NCBI RefSeq assembly: GCF_016432865.1
Contig: NC_067401.1
Location: 39,432,001-39,496,000 of the forward strand
Source: Antechinus flavipes
Lineage: Eukaryota
Reading direction: 5' to 3'
DNA length: 64,000 nucleotides
This document shows positions 23,659 to 36,600 of this stretch, in pieces. The first letter of the stretch is position 1, and the number at the start of each line of letters is the position of its first letter. A program made the translations under genes and the position numbers. The notes below the pieces were generated by a model that searched no databases, was not told where the DNA came from, and saw nothing but the letters and a program-made list of their open reading frames with translations.

Positions 23659-25612
23659 TTTTATTTTATTTTAGCTTTTTATTTACAAGATATATGCATG
23701 AGTAATTTTTCAGCATTGACAATTGCAAAGCCTTTTGTTCCAACTTTTCCCCTCCTTCCCTCCACCCCTTCCCCCAGATGGCAGGTTGACCAATACATGT
23801 TAAATATGTTAAAGTATAAGTTAAATGCAATATATGTATACATGTCCAAACAGTTATTTTGCTGTACAAAAAAAAAAAAAATGGACTTTGAAATAGTGTA
23901 CAATTAGCCTGTGAAAGAAATAAAAAATGCAGGTGGACAAAAATAGAGGGATTGGGAATTCTATGTAGTGGTTCATAGTCATCTCCCAGAGTTCTTTCGC
24001 TGGGTGTAACTGGTTCAATTCATTATTGCTCTATTGGAACTGATTTGGTTCATCTCATTGTTGAAGAGGGCCACGTCCGTCAGAATTGATCATCATATAG
24101 TATTGTTGTTGAAGTATATAATGATCTCCTGGTCCTGCTCATTTTACTTAGCATTAGTTTGTGAAGTCTCTCCAGGAGTTTCTGAAATCATCCTCCTGCC
24201 TTTGACCATTTATCAATTGGAGAATGGCTTGATTTCTTATATAAATTAGAGTCAATTCTCTATATATTTTGGAAATGAGGCCTTGGACTGTAAAAATGTT
24301 TTCCCAGTGTATTGCTTCCCTTCTAATCTTGTCTGTACAAAACTTGTTTTTGATTGTTTTGATTGTACAAAAACTTTTCAATTTGATATAATCAAAATTT
24401 TCTATTTTGTGATCAATAATGATCTCTAGTTTTTCTTTGGTCATAAATTCCTTCCTCTTCCACAGGTCTGAGAGGTAAACTATCCTATGTTCTTCTAATT
24501 TATTTATAATCTCATTCTTTATGCCTAGGTCATGAACCCATTTTAACCTTATCTTGGTGTACGGTGCTAAGTGTGGGTCAGTGCCTTGTTTCTGCCATAC
24601 TAATTTCCAGTTTTCGCAGCAATTTTTGTCAAACAATGAGTTCTTATCCAAAAGCTGAGGTCTTTGGGTTTGTCAAACACTAGATTATTAAAGTTATTGA
24701 CTATTTTGTCCTTTCAACCTAACTTGTTCCACTGATCAACTAGTCTATTTCTTAGCCAATACCAAATGGTTTTGGGGACTGCTGCTTTATAATATAATTT
24801 TAGATCTGTTACAGGTAGGCCACCTTCATGTGATTTTTTTTTTCATTAATTCCCTTGAAATTTGTGACCTTTTGTTTTTCCATGAACTTTGTTGTTATTT
24901 TTTCTAGATCATTAAAATAGTTTTTTGGAAGTCTGATTGATATAGCGCTAAATAAATAGATTAGTTTAGGTAGTATTGTCATCTTTATTATATTTGCTCG
25001 CCCTATCCAAGAGCATTTAATATTTTTCCAATTGGTTAGATCTGACTTTATTTGTGTGGAAAGTGTTTTGTAGTTTTGCTCATATAATTTCTGATTTTCC
25101 CTTGGCAGATGGATTCCTAAATATTTTATACTATCGGTAGTTACTTTAAGTGGAATTTCTCTTTGTAACTAACTTTTGGATTTTGTTAGTGATATATAAG
25201 AATGCTGATGACTTATGTGGGTTTATTTTGTATCCTGCAACTTTGCTAAAGGTGTGGATTATTTCTAATAGCTTTTTAGTAGAATCTCTGGGGTTCTCTA
25301 AGTATACCATCATATCATCACCAAAGAGCAATAATTTGTTTTTCTCATTACCTACTCTAATTCCTTTAATCTCTTTCTCAACTCTTATTGCCAAAGCTAG
25401 CATTTCTAATACAATATTGAATAGTAATGGTGATAGTGAGCAACCTTGTTTTACTCCTGGTCTTATTGGGAATGGTTCCAGTTTATTTCTATTACATATG
25501 ATGCTTATTGATGGTTTTAAATAGATGCTGCTGATTATTTTAAGGAAAAGTCCATTTATTCCTATATTCTCAAGTGTTTGTAATAGGAGTGGATGTTGAA
25601 TTTTATTAAATG
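23659..25612 (-). mobile_element. Relatively young 5'-truncated LINE-1 with an internal deletion near 24200
   Basis: Poly-T plus 3' UTR at the left. ORF track peptides ...[29 protein letters not shown]...[15 protein letters not shown] (L1 RT) and DPHLAPYTKI...WVHDLGIK. Confidence 0.92.
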
Positions 25613-26181
25613 ACAGCATTAATTCTTAAAGGAGTGATTTGGAAGCTCCTGGATATGGCAAGCTCTACAAAAAAGTAGAAACTGAAATTAAACCAAATGG
25701 GAAATGGATAAAGGAGCAGACATCAACATTGATTATTATCATCTTCTATGGAAGTCTAATGCATGAAAATCATGCTATATAAGAGGCCTAAAGGACCTAA
25801 AAACCACCTGAACTTAGCCCCACTTATTCTCTTTGCCAAACAGATATGGCAGCCAAGAACAACACTGGTTTAGCATATAAACTCATTTATAAAATCTTAC
25901 AGAAGTAGATGGTAGGGGATTATATTGCCTCCTAAAACAGAGAAATCAAATCAAAACAAAACAAAACAAAAATAAGTTTCCAGAAAGTTTTGTGAGGGAT
26001 CCAATTAAGCCAGATCATCCTAAGAGCATGTAAGGATAAAACTGGAAGAGGAACAATAGATGGGAAATGGAAAATGTCTGTCAATATTTCCATAACAAAC
26101 TATTAATGATAGTGGAATGGCCACATTTAGACTGTTACACCACAGTCCCTAATGGGTCATGAGGATGTAGAAATGACATTT

Positions 26182-26675
26182 TTTTTCAGTAGTAGTTTAT
26201 TTTTTCAATTACCTATAAAGATAGTTTTCAGTATTCATTTTTTGTAAAATTTTGAGTTCTAAATTTCTTTCTCCTTTCTTTACTTCCCTACCTCCAGCAA
26301 ACAATCTGATAAAGGTTATACATATATAATATTTTAAAACATTTTTCCATATTAGTCATGTTGTGAAAGAAAAATCAGAACAAAGGAAAAACCACAGAAA
26401 TAAAAATCAAACCAACCCCCCCCCAAAAAAAAAGGTGAAAATAGTATGGTTTGGTCCACATTCCTCCATAATTCTGTATATGGGTGGCATTTTCCATCCC
26501 AAGTCTATTAGAATTGTCTTGGATCATTGTATTGCTGAAAAGGCCAAGTCTAATATAGTTAATCATCACATAATCTTGCTGTTACAGTGTACAATGTTCT
26601 CTTGGTTCTACTCACCTCACTCAGCATCAGTTCCTGTGAGTATTTCCAGACTTTTCTGAAATCAGCCTGCATATT
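26182..26675 (-). mobile_element. L1 3' UTR fragment with 14-bp target-site duplication
   Basis: TAGAAATGACATTT at 26168-26181 and again at 26676-26689; poly-T at the left end. Confidence 0.8.
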
Positions 26676-26699
26676 TAGAAATGACATTTAAAAAAAAAT

Positions 26700-27385
26700 A
26701 AGATGATCAGAAAAATGCAAATTGAGACAATTCTGAGGGTACCACTACTTACTTCGCAGATTGGCTAAGATGACAGGAAAAGATAATGACGAATGTTGGA
26801 GGGTATGTGGGAAAACTGGGACACTGATACATTGTTGGTGGAGTTGTGAATTGATCCAACCATTCTGGAGAGCAATTTGTAACTATGCTCAAAGAGTTAT
26901 CAAATTGTGCATAGACCAAGCAGTATTTCTACTGGGCTTATATCCCAAAGAGATCATAAAGGAGGGAAAGGGACATGGCTCTTTTCAATTACAAAGGGGT
27001 AATTGAGGCCAGTTCCAATGGTCTTGTGATGAAGAGAACCATCTGCATCCAGAGAGAGAACTGAGGCAACTGAATTGTGGATCACAACATAGCATTTTTA
27101 CTCTTTTTGTTGTTGTTAGCTTGCATTTTGTTTTTTCTCTTTTTTCTTCCTTTTTAATCTGATTTTTCTTGTGCAGCAAGATAATTATATAAATATATAT
27201 ACAAATATTGGATTTAACATATTTTTAACATGTTCAACATATATTGGATTATTTACTATCTGGAGAGGGGATGGGGGGAAGAGGGAGAAATTAGGATCAC
27301 AAGGTTTTGCAAGGGTCCATGTTGAAAAATTATCCATGTATATGTTTTGAAAATAAAAAGCTTTAATTAAAAAAAAAAAAAAGAT
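26700..27385 (+). mobile_element. L1 3' end (ORF2 C-terminus, 3' UTR, poly-A)
   Basis: ECWRVCGKTGTLIHCWWSCELIQPFWRAICNY (L1 ORF2 CCHC region); AATAAA and poly-A at ~27352-27382. Confidence 0.9.
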
Positions 27386-27927
27386 TTTAAAAAAAGGTCC
27401 ATGCTGTAGGCAGCATAGTTTTAAGGGTACTGTTCATGATTCTTCAAGATGTCTGAAATAGGAAAGGATGCCAGAAATTTAGGGGGAAAATTGCATATGC
27501 TTTTATTCCCCAAAAAGCAATTGAAAAATACCACTAACAGCTAATCAATATGCCTATTTTATTATCTCCACAAAATCTTTTTGAGAATAATCAGTTTGAG
27601 AACTGAACAATCAAAGGTCTCTGATGAAAATTTGAAAAATAGAACAGGAAGGCTTTCAAAATCATATTCTACAGACCACATTTTTATGGTAACACTGTTG
27701 ACTGAATGGTTCAGAAAATAGAAGATGCTATTATGCTTGTGTGGATAAATTGTCCATGATTTAAAAAAAATAAATTGATTCAGTAGAGCAAAATGTTCTC
27801 CAACCACACGTTTTCTACTCTTATCCTAAAATCTTCGAATCCTTAGAAGTTTAATAACAGAAATAACTTTGACTCTAACATTATCATCATCAAGGAATAA
27901 AATAGGGCAATTTATGCTTACTAAATT

Positions 27928-28052
27928 GGGGCAGCTAGGTGGCCTAGGGGATAGAGCACTAGCCCTGAGGACCTAAGTTCAAATATGATCTCAGATAATT
28001 AACACTTCCTGGCTGTGTGATCCTGGGCAAGTCACTTAACCCCAATTGCTTC
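27928..28052 (+). mobile_element. Marsupial CORE-SINE
   Basis: gggcagctaggtggc...gatagagcactagccctg...gttcaaat...gtgtgatcctgggcaagtcacttaacccc. Confidence 0.85.
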
Positions 28053-28399
28053 AAGGGGAATATATTGATTATTTTTGTGATGGAGAATGCCCAGCATGAA
28101 TTTCAAATAGAAAAATATGGGGAGTATTTTGTTTCTGGGAAGCTTGGGATCATTCAAAGCATTATTCAATTTACCAAATGCAATTATAGGTATAATATCT
28201 TAATCAAATATTTTCATTGTCTATCCACTATATATACATGTTTTTGTATGTATAACTGTGTAAGTATGTATACATAATACACACATACAAACAGAAAAAA
28301 AGTGCCTCTTTCTTGCATATAACTGTATACAAACACATACAAACACACACATGCTAACACCAATGGAACAGCTGTCCAATCATATTCTGGATAATAGGC

Positions 28400-29000
28400 A
28401 GTTATCATGCATTTTGTTTTTTCTTCTTCAACAGCCTAATCTCTCAGGAGTGATTTTGGGTTTCATTTAAGAACATTTAGAGAACTTCATTATCTAATGG
28501 AAACCTTACCATTTGGATCCCATAACAATGACTCATACTTTGGGTGAGCTTATGACTCCTTGGTTTTATAGCTTTGCTTGATGTTGACAAATGAAGAGTT
28601 GAACAAAATTATCTCTGTTGCAGTATATTTCAAGGGATTCTTAATATTTTAATACATGAATGGGAGGCACCTTGGAAGAGACCTTTTAAGGTGATATTTC
28701 ACTCTGTTGAATCAACTCGTTTTATAGTCTATAAACAATAAGGACTGTAGGATCTTCAACTTTCTTTACCTTTTGGTCAGTTATGTGACTGCGTTCCATT
28801 ATAGAATAAGACTAATGAAAGCTTCCTTTCCCTTTCTCAAACCTTTCTCAAGAAAACCCTTAATTTTCACAAGATTTTGTAAAATTGAAGTAGTCATAGT
28901 GGTTGTTAACATTTTTGATAGCCTTTTAAAAAAAAATTGTTTTATTAGTGCTTATGTAATGTTAGGAAGGCTCTCATACCCTGTTTGGATACCCTATAGA
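28400..29000 (-). mobile_element. Second RTE-clade LINE relic, inverted
   Basis: Minus-strand peptide KILQSLLFIDYKTS*FNRVKYHLKRSL...TATEIILFNSSFVNIKQ resembles the RTE RT LCLLFVDYKKAFDSV region. Confidence 0.6.
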
Positions 29001-29029
29001 TGATTAGTGGGAAAACATAGAAAAGTGTT

Positions 29030-30060
29030 CCATGAGATTAGAAGGCATGAATATAAGTTACATACATTTTGATGATATCACAGGTTCATTGAAGGGAAAT
29101 AAAATTTCATTTTTTCATTTCAGCCTGGCAAGATATTTCCGGATCCTGACTCTGTTGTCCAACATGTTAACTGATGCTTCCAGGTTTGTGTCATTTGCAG
29201 ATCTGTTATGTATGTCACTGCTACTTCCATCTAAATTATTGATAAAAATGTTAAACAGCACAGGGTAAATAGAAATCACTGAACACTTGACTAGATAGCT
29301 CCATTTAAGTTGATACTGACCCACTAATCACTACTTTGTCTCATTCATATAACTAGACTATCATCTAATGCACCTCTCTCCATCTTGTCTTGAAGAACAG
29401 TTGGAGAAATTTTGCCCCATACTTTGCTGAAACTTAGATTATTTTTTGCCTACAAGATTTTCCTGATCTACCAAACTAGAGAACCTCTCAAGAAAGAAAA
29501 TAAAGTTAGGCTGGCTTGCCCTCTTATTGATGAAGTTATCTTAGCTCCTACTAATTATTGTTTCCCTTTCTAAATTTCTAAAAGAAGAATTATATGCTAA
29601 AATTTCATCATGAATTAAAGTCATACTTCTCAGCTTTTATAAAATATTTGTGCTTCTTCAGTCCTGAAGCATTTCTATGGTATACAAGTTTTAAATGATC
29701 ATTGACATTGGCTCAGCAATTAGATCCCCCAATTCTTCTACTAGCACCCTAGTATATAGTTTACTTTGGCCTAGTGACTTGAATTCATTCTCTTAAAGTT
29801 TCTCATTAATGTTGGGTTTCAGCTCCTTGCTAACCCCCCTCTTTTTTTTTTAATGTAGAGAAAGTAGATGCAAATTAACTGAGTAGTTATACTTTCTCTC
29901 TGTCTTATTATTACCTCTTATCATTGTCCCATCTACCCTGAATGATGAATCCATCCTTTGAGCTTCCTCTTGAACTCATTATAGCTTTGTCATTCTTAGC
30001 ATTCGACTTCTGAGTTTTCTATTTCTTGACAATACTTAGAGGATCAGGCTTCTTTTGTAT
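29030..30060 (-). mobile_element. CR1/L3 LINE relic
   Basis: ORF 29115-29324 encodes PVLFNIFINNLD...SANDTNL...RIRKYLARL, the degenerate CR1 RT core (GPVLFNIFINDLD...FADDTKL). Confidence 0.75.
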
Positions 30061-30261
30061 TCCTTTGTCATTACCTGTCCTTGTCTTCCCAGCACTTAGC
30101 ACAGTGCTTGGCTTATAATAAGGCACTTTTAGAATGCTGGGTCACTGAATTCTATCTTCTGTGCATGTCTTGAAAATAACTGCATTATAACTCTATAACT
30201 GAACAAAAACATAAATAAATATAAAAGGAGTAAAATCTTAAATAAAATCCTTAAGCTTTTT

Positions 30262-30490
30262 GGTTGTCATTTATTTGTTTCAGTCTTGTCCAACTCCGAC
30301 CCCATTTGGAGTTTTCTTGACAAAGATAATAGAGTGATTTGGTCATTTCCTTCTCCAGCTCTTTTGACAGATGAGAAAAGCCAGGTTAAGTGACTTGCCT
30401 AGGGTCTCAGTTAATAAGTGTTTGAGGGGGTTTTGAACTCAGATCTTCCTGAATCTAGGTCTTGTGCTCTAACTACTGCATCACCAAACC
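30262..30490 (-). mobile_element. MAR1-type SINE
   Basis: Reverse complement of the RTE-like tail (gtttcagtcttgtccaactc...gttttcttgacaaagata...catttccttctccagc) plus CORE. Confidence 0.8.
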
Positions 30491-32569
30491 TAACAAAGTG
30501 GAAATGATTGAACAATGAATGTTTTTATTTAGTATTCTCTTCCTTGAGTATCTGAAATTCTGTTACCTCTATCTTTTTTCTTTGTTTCTCTCTTCTTTCC
30601 TTCCTTCTTTCTAGTCATTAGGTCTTCATGACTCATATGGTCTTAGGGATTCAACAAATCTGAGAGGCCTAAACACTCTGTGACTGGGACTTTTATATCC
30701 CTAGATGACCAAGAAGCTTCGGCAAGGAAACCACGACCAATCAGGCCCAGGAATCTTGGGCAAGTCACTTAATCTTGCTGGACCTCCTTTTTCTGATCTT
30801 TAAAACAAAGGGAATGGAAAAGATGAGCCTTTCTGGCTCCAGACTTGTGAACCTGTGAAGACCTCCCAATAATTAAAAATCCTTTATTGCTATTCCAAGG
30901 TGAACATTGGATAAATCTATATTATAGTTAGGTCTGGACAAACAAATAATCTTGCCATTGTTTTTTATGGCCCAGAAGTGAGACTTTGATTATAATGGAT
31001 TAATGATATTGATAAATTCATTTATTGGGAGTGGAGAGGGGGGATAGTACTCCCCTGAGAACCTCCTAAAATTCTTTCTGGTTAATTTTCAAAATAATTA
31101 GTTACCCCAAAGTTCAAGTTATGTAGGACTGAACAAAAATTCTAGCACACAGACCGCCAGTGATGTATTTATTTTTAATAATCAGTTGAATATTTAGCTC
31201 AAAATAAAGGCGTTTATTAACTAACGTGGAATTAGGGACTTATTTGTTTTTTGAGCACAATTTATTAATAAAGCACAATTTTACCAATAAGCTTAGGAAT
31301 TAGTTATTAACTGATTAGCATTATTAAGAACAAGAAAAATCTAGGGCCCATTCTCCCACAATTACAAACTGCATCTGGAGAAAGAATATGTATAGTATTC
31401 TCTAGTAGAAAGGCATGGGAGGCACATCTGTAGGGAACACACATGCTGAAGGCAGTAATTCACACCTCCAGCACTACAGGGCCCCAGTGATCTTTTTCTA
31501 CTTGTGGTATCCTTATGTTGCCTCCTTGGAAGACATGGCATGGCATCTCTTGGGGCAAGTTGATAGCCAGGGCTCTCTGTTTGAAGACTCACCAAACTCC
31601 TGCCTTGTGCCTTGATTGACTGAGCTCAGTTCGGTGTCTCCTCCTGGGCAGACAGCTCCACTGAAGTTGCTGTAGGTAACTGGGGAGAAAGGGAGGAGAG
31701 AGAACTCCTGCTGCCTTTGTAGTAAATGCCCAGGAGAAAAGGCAAAGAAGGATTCCCTTTTAAGAACAGAATTCTTCCTTGAAAGCTGGCTCTCTTCCTT
31801 AGAACTATTTCCTGCTTCTACTGATTCTGGTAGAGGTATCTTGATACTTAAATAGTACCAGATCCTTTGGCTAACAGATAGCTAGCCATTCTTTAAATCC
31901 ATCAAACTGGCCTGAAGAACTTGTCCACATCTTTTAAAAGAGTAATAATACAGTGTAGACACTCCATTTAACACCTTCACACCTTGCTGCTGGTTACCTT
32001 CTGCAATTTCATCACCTGAGCTGGAGTGGGGGGAAGAGGGGAAATCAATTCATCTGTGTTCTTCTAGTCAGCTTTTTACATCAAACTGTTTTCCATTGTT
32101 CTATAATTGTTGCTAATTTTTTCATTTGTTTGAGCTTTGTCTCCTCAAAAGACCATCAGTTTCTGGAATGAAGAAATCAATACTTTTTTTAGATCCTTTA
32201 TTCTGCTTAGACAGTATTGAGCACATTAGTAGATAAGTAATCATGCCTTAGAAAAACTAGCTGTGCTTTTATGGGCAAGTCATTGAACCTCTCACTGAAC
32301 CCAGAGCTCAATTCTCCTATATGTAAATTGAGGCTAATGGTTGTGTCATGGAGACAGACATTGTCTCTGCCCTTAATGAACCTTCTTCAATATGGTTTCA
32401 GGTGCCCATAGACAGGAGATTAATCTGGATATGGGATTTTCTGGGAGAGGAGTCAAGATTAGACATGCAAATTGTAGCAGTTAGTGCAGACTTGGAAGAG
32501 GATGTGGCTGTCAGAGAGAGAGAGAAATAAAAATGATTGTTATTAAATTATTATTAAAAGTTTATTGTA

Positions 32570-33430
32570 AGCAAAACCAATTCAACTAAAATTAAAAGAG
32601 AAGGAATTGGAAGGGGGGATCTTTGCAGCAAGTTTCTCTGATAAAGGTGAAATTCTAAGATATATAGGACAAGGATTCAAATTTACAAGAATAGGAGCCA
32701 TTTCGCAGTTGATAAATGGTTAAGGGACAGTTTTCAGAGGAAGAAATTCACGTTATCAATAGCCATATTAAAAATACTCTAAGTCAATAATCAGAGAAAT
32801 GCAAATTTAAAAACAACTTTGAGGTACTACTTCATGACCATAAGATTGACAAAAATGACAAAAAATAGAAGTGACAAATGTGAGTAAACAGGTACATTAA
32901 GTCTTTGTTGGTGAAACTGAACTAGTCAAGCCATTCTAGAAACCAATTTGGAACAATGCCAAAAGCTATTAAATTAGGTATACCATTATACCTATTTTTG
33001 AGATCTATACTCTGATAGTGATCAAAGATAGAGAACAAAACTATAGTAGCTCCTTTTGTGATGGCAAAGAATTGGAAACTGAGGGCATATCTATCGTTAA
33101 TTGGGGAACAAGTTATAATATTTGAATGTGTTATAAAAAATAATGAAGGCCATGGTTTCAGAGAAACCTGAGAAAACTTGAATGAACTGATCCAAAATGA
33201 ATTGAGAGAATCAGGAGAATAATTTATGTAATGGCAATATTGTAAAGAAAAATAACTTCAAAACAATTAGGAACTCTGATCAACACAACTAATCACAATT
33301 CCAGAATTAATTCATGATTAAACATAGTACATACAGATTAAGGTTTTGGACATGGACAGTGTGGCAGTTTGTTTTGTTTGACTATATCTGTTTTTAATGG
33401 GTTTTGTTTTTTCTTTTTCAATGCTGAGTT
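32570..33430 (+). mobile_element. Old L1 ORF2 3' end fragment
   Basis: gagaaatgcaaatt...aacaactttgaggtac...aagattgacaaaaatgacaaaa and ggcaaagaattggaaactgaggg. Confidence 0.75.
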
Positions 33431-35449
33431 GGAGAGGGGAGAGTAGTTGGGAGGAAAATAATTCAGATCTAATAATATTATTTTTTTAAAATGGACATGT
33501 CCTGAAATCTATCTCAACCATGATAATAACTGCACAGTTGAGTTCAGAGCTTTCGATCATTTTCCGGCCTGACCTCATGAAGTCTTGGGAAAGATTCTAA
33601 GCATCAAAAGGCAATGTGTTCTAAACTTCTACCAGCTGTGAGTTATGAAGTGACTTTGCTCCCCTGTGACACCTGGAATTTAAAGGGCTTGAAGAGAAAT
33701 AACAGCATAATTATTCTGGAGGTAAGACTTGCAAAGTGACTTTTTTGATTGCCTTCCTTGTTATTTACATTTTCACGGTTTAATCTTCCGGTTATATGTC
33801 TCTAATGACTGTCAATAAGATCAACCCATCAAGTGGGGACTCCATAGGTTGAATAAATTATCCCCAAAATCATCATTTTTGGAACACGAGTACTAAAACT
33901 GTACTCCTTGCTTTTCAAAGAAGCTAGGTTCAGTAGTTAGAGAACTAAGCCTGGAGTTAAGAAGATCTGAGTTCAAATGAAGTCAGTTATTTAGCTCTGT
34001 GATCCTAGCTAAGTCACTTAACCTCTTCTAGCCTCACTTTCTTGAACTGCAAAATGAGAATATTATCTACTTCAGTGGACCAATAGGAGAGCCGAATAAG
34101 ATCATATTTGTGCCTGGCACATAGTAGGCACTATATAAATACTTCCTCCTCCCTCCCCCATTCTCTTCCCCTTCAGTGGAAAAAGCATTCCATTAGGAGT
34201 GAGAAAAGACTTGGTTTTAAATCTTCTGACATTTATTAGGTGGGTAACTACGGGCAAGTCATTTAATGTCTCTCAGACTCGGTTCTCCAGTGAAATGGAG
34301 ATAAAACCTCAAATACTTACCTTCTAGGGTCGTTTTTTTGATGATCAAGTGAGCCAAAATACTTGTGTAAACTGTAAAGCCTTAGGCAAAGCCGTTGTTT
34401 CTCAGGAAGGACCTGTTAAATTGAAGTCGGGCTAGAGCTAAGTCCTAAAAGTCCATTCTTTGCACTTCCTCCTTGTGGTCCTCTTGTCGGGGTTCCCCAT
34501 TGTCCCTCTCATCCTGTATCCCATTCCATGAATCCAGAGCCCGTGGCAAAAGCATGGCTGACTCGCTAACTACTTCTCAGCCACTTGGTATTTTTCGCTC
34601 TGGCTCTCTCTCTTTGTGGGTATTTTTTCCTCCTAATGTGTGCGCTCTCTCTGCCTTTGTTGATCAGCTTATTGCTACCCACTCTGACGCCACTTTAGCC
34701 ATGTCTTGCCTGGAAGAACAGACCCTGCTATGCCCATCCTCCTCCACTCCAGAGACTAGGAAATGAGGGGGAAGCTCAGAGAAAAAAGTCAAAAATTCCA
34801 GTGCCCCCCCCAGCTGCCCCCTGTCCCCAGAATTTCAAGAATGTTTTTCATCCCAAACCCACACAGGAAGGAATCTTGAGCAGGCATCGCCAAGGTGGGG
34901 ACGACAACAAAGATGCCTGAGAGAGCCTTCCCTCTTTCCATGCTAGCATTCCTGGAATCAAAGGGGCTTTGTAGGGGGTGTGGTGGAGAGGGGATGGAGA
35001 GAGCAGTGTTCTGCGTTGCCACCGGACCAATGCCTGGGTGCATCTGAGGGGAGATGGTAGCGCCTCTCAGATCCAGCGCTTACGGTGACTAAGGGCTGGG
35101 GGCTGGGGGAACAGGCTGGGAGAAGTGTCAGGTCAGGCTATGCCAGGAGAGGGATGACGGGGGAAGGGGGGAGGGTTTGCTTCCGAGCCTTTCTGCCTCT
35201 GAGCCTGAGCTCGGAGCCCGCGTCCGTGTCTCTTGTGTTGCTGCTTGCATTAAGCCCTCTCTCCTACCTGTCCTCCTCATCACCCTGTTGCCCGCTGGCT
35301 TCATCCTGTCATCCTGTCCAGCTTTTTCTTTTTCTCTCCTCACCTCACCCCAGCTCCCCCCTGACCCAGCCCCAGGGAAATTAGAGACCCTTCCTTCCCC
35401 CTCCAACTGGTTCCCACTCTTTCAGTTTGAATCGGGTCCTCGTGCTCAT

Positions 35450-36600
35450 GGTCCACAGACATCCGTCCTTTCTCCCCAAGCCGCGGCATCCTGGACCCTT
35501 GTCCAGGCTTCGGAGCGCAGCTCGGGGATTGGGAGGTGTCTTTGGAGGAAGGCTGGGTCGGGCTGTGGGGCTGCGTGCGGAGCCAGGACAGGAGGAGCGC
35601 CGGCCCGTGGGGATGAATGTGGCGGGGATCCTGAGGATCAGGAGGCCCTCGCTTTCCGCCGAAGAGCCGGGGGCAGCCGTTCCCGGGCCCCCGTCTGCCT
35701 TCACAAAAGCCAGGTGGGTGAGGAGAGCTAGAGAGCCCCGGGGCCCAGCTTTCCGGCCTTTCTCTCGTCTCCCCACTGTCCCTTCCTCCCTCCCTGAAGT
35801 ATCCTTTCCCCGACCGGCCTCTCCCTGCGAGAAGGGCCGGTCTCCCCAGTCCCTGGGTCCCTCTCCTTCGGAAGGTCTCTGTTTTTTCTGTCTCTCCGAT
35901 TCCCTCCCTCCTTCCCGGGCAGGCCCCCCCCACCCTTAGCTGCTCTTCTGAGATAGGTGTTCGGAGCGCGGGACCCTGCGATTGGACATGGGGCTGTGGA
36001 GGGGGCGGTCTCTTGACAGCTCTCCTAGGCCAGGATTGGGTGACGTGGAGAGAGGGGCGGGACTAGGGGAGGGGTTGGGGCCGCCTGCGGGAGGGGCGGC
36101 GGAGGCCAGGGCCGAGAGCTCCGGGCGGTCGCATTGTTTTCCTCCGCGGAGCCGCGGCCAGAGTGGTCTCTGCGGTTCGAACCCTGACTCGCGAAACCCG
36201 GGAGCCCGACCGGAGACCCCAGCTCCCGGACGCCGGCCCCTTCCTCCCAACTCGAGACCTTCTTCCTGTCCCCCGGGATCCCCGCTCCAGTTCCCCCAAA
36301 AGCTGGGATCCCCGAGCCCCGGACTCTCGAGCCCACGGCCGCCGCCTCCATCCCGCAAACCTGGCTTCCAGGGCAAGTAATCGCGGGGGAGCTCGGGGTC
36401 AGCGGCCAGGGACCGAGGGTAGGAGGGAGGGAGGGCAGCGGAGCAGGCACTGTGGGCTGGGGGAGCGGTCGAGGCGGGGTCCCAGCCAGCCGCGGGGGGC
36501 AGGCTCCGGGCTGTGCCGGGGAATCGTGGGGCGCGCGCGTTAGATGAGACTGGGGAAGCCGAAGACCCGGGGACACCAGGGAACCCTGGTGCAGCCCCCT
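35450..36600 (+). promoter_or_regulatory. SEMA6C CpG-island promoter and first non-coding exon region
   Basis: Dense CpG and GC boxes (~35990-36110), about 4 kb upstream of the SEMA6C ATG exon. Confidence 0.7.

Larger units (their letters stand above)
25613..28200 (+). mobile_element. Ancient RTE-clade LINE relic interrupted by two L1s and a SINE
   Basis: Degenerate peptides KNNTGLAYKLIYKILQK, LLFPKKQLKNTTNS*SICL..YLHKIFLRII and KSYSTDHIFMVTLLTEW fit the RTE RT N-terminal region. Confidence 0.65.

Noticed and set aside
24154-25619. 157-165 aa ORFs with reverse transcriptase motifs
   Set aside because: Fragments of a truncated L1 ORF2, not a host gene or active element.
36150-36183. Pol III B-box GGTTCGAACC with an A-box-like sequence upstream (another B-box on - at ~10524-10533)
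   Set aside because: A-B spacing is only about 10 nt, with no cloverleaf or T-run terminator. The second lies in LYSMD1 coding sequence.
35177-36576. Many overlapping 120-200 aa ORFs in the SEMA6C CpG island (similar sets at 5.8-8 kb and 50-51 kb)
   Set aside because: Stop codons are rare in GC-rich DNA. The peptides are Pro/Gly/Arg-rich with no family resemblance or exon chain.
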